Shown in pieces: positions 63,333 through 64,000 of a DNA stretch of 64,000 nt. The notes under the pieces are model-generated. The model saw only the letters and a program-made list of their open reading frames with translations. It made no database searches and had not been told where the DNA came from. The DNA lies in contig CAZMGD010000003.1 of assembly GCA_964565705.1 (NCBI GenBank), positions 12,799-76,798 on the forward strand, read 5' to 3'. Within the stretch, counting starts at the first letter, position 1; every line of letters starts with the position of its first letter. Origin of the DNA: an uncultured Ilumatobacteraceae bacterium. GTDB lineage: Bacteria > Actinomycetota > Acidimicrobiia > Acidimicrobiales > Ilumatobacteraceae. The position numbers and the translations under genes are program-made.

Positions 63333-64000
63333 TCAGCTGCGCGGGGCGAGCGCGCGGCGCAACACGTCGAGCTGCTCGGCGGCCGCCCGCTTCGACACCT
63401 CGGCCGTCGGAACGACGGCCGAGCCGTGGAACGTGCCCGGGTAGGAGTGCAGCTCGACCTTGACGCCGGCGGCGAGCATCCGGGCCGCGTAGACGATCCC
63501 CTCGTCGCGCAGCGGGTCGAACTCCATCGTCGACACGTAGGCGGGGGGCAGGCCGGCGAGGTCGGCGGCGCGCGCCGGCGCGGCGTAGATCGGGATCTCG
63601 GTCGGCGACGGGTCGCCGAGGTAGTAGCGCCAGCTCATGACCGCGTTGGGACGGTTCCACATCGGCGTGTCGACGAACGCCTGCATGCTCGCCGTCTCCA
63701 GCCGGTCGTCGAGCTCGGGGATCCCGAGGAACTGGAAGCAGATCTTCGGGCCGCCGTGGTCGCGGGCGAACAGCGCCAGACCGGCGGCCAGGCCACCGCC
63801 GGCGGACTGGCCGTAGACGGCGATCCGGTCGGTGTCGACGCCGAGCTCGTCCGCGTTGGCGGCCAGCCAGGTGAGGGCGGCGTAGCAGTCGTGCAAGCCG
63901 GCGGGGTACGGGTGCTCGGGCGCGAGGCGGTACTCGACGCTGACGACGACTGCCGACACCTCGCGCGCCAGCTGCACCGAGCTCTGTTGCTCGCCGTCCA
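63333..64000 (-). CDS. Alpha/beta hydrolase, hormone-sensitive-lipase-like esterase (N-terminus beyond window)
   Basis: Nucleophile elbow GQSAGGGLA, and C-terminal DPLRDEG and GTFHG. The frame is open to the window end. Confidence 0.82.
   Translation of the reverse strand, partial: DGEQQSSVQLAREVSAVVVSVEYRLAPEHPYPAGLHDCYAALTWLAANADELGVDTDRIAVYGQSAGGGLAAGLALFARDHGGPKICFQFLGIPELDDRLETASMQAFVDTPMWNRPNAVMSWRYYLGDPSPTEIPIYAAPARAADLAGLPPAYVSTMEFDPLRDEGIVYAARMLAAGVKVELHSYPGTFHGSAVVPTAEVSKRAAAEQLDVLRRALAPRS

Noticed and set aside
63319-63337. GCTGAT-gcggtcg-ATCAGC hairpin at the esterase stop as an intrinsic terminator.
   Set aside because: The stem is only 6 bp, it overlaps the stop codon and there is no T-tract. 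This is too weak to list as a feature.

Overview
Very GC-rich, Actinomycetota-type chromosomal segment. I call about 64 tightly packed protein genes, many joined by 1-nt (TGATG) or 4-nt (ATGA/GTGA) start/stop overlaps. I recognised no rRNA, tRNA, CRISPR array, transposase or integrase. Many long ORFs in the six-frame track are antisense or out-of-frame shadows typical of high-GC DNA; I trimmed or discarded them.

Layout:
(1) 1-3095: a RecQ-family helicase (5' end cut by the window) convergent with the ATP-dependent DNA ligase LigB.
(2) 3194-4407: a family-1 encapsulin operon, with encapsulated-ferritin cargo carrying a GSLGIGSLKG targeting peptide followed by the shell gene.
(3) 4465-21846 and 25272-31306: lipid / steroid-side-chain-type beta-oxidation genes. 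These include enoyl-CoA hydratases, two alpha/beta acyl-CoA dehydrogenase pairs, SDRs, an acyl-CoA ligase, thiolases, a DUF35 + SCP-x-type thiolase pair, luciferase-like oxidoreductases, an amidohydrolase and a TetR regulator.
(4) 21954-28406: a housekeeping-like insert with GGT, an SSB-like OB-fold protein, a DD-carboxypeptidase and an S1C protease. It flanks the second acyl-CoA dehydrogenase pair (25272-27379).
(5) 31512-47535 and 51544-63240: a ring-opening / oxygenase cluster. It holds KstD-like, HsaA-like, HsaC-like and 3alpha-HSD-like genes, a LigB-type dioxygenase, two amidohydrolases, a P450-LLM-IOR-SDR operon, an orphan molybdenum hydroxylase large subunit and a LIV-type ABC importer.
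(6) 47542-51491: a small accessory islet that splits (5). It holds an ECF42-type sigma factor + DGPF protein, a decayed vapBC, an intact mazEF and a DUF222/HNH gene preceded by a mycobacterial-type SOS box.

Main hunt result: two different operator-like palindromes recur only in intergenic regions and divide the catabolic supercluster into two putative regulons. Type 1 is TCTGAC-N5-GTCAGA (6 sites). Type 2 is an AT-rich ATGTCAAS-NN-STTGATAT (5 sites). Neither matches the canonical KstR or KstR2 boxes as I recall them. All functional calls rest on motif and family recognition by eye; no database search was run.
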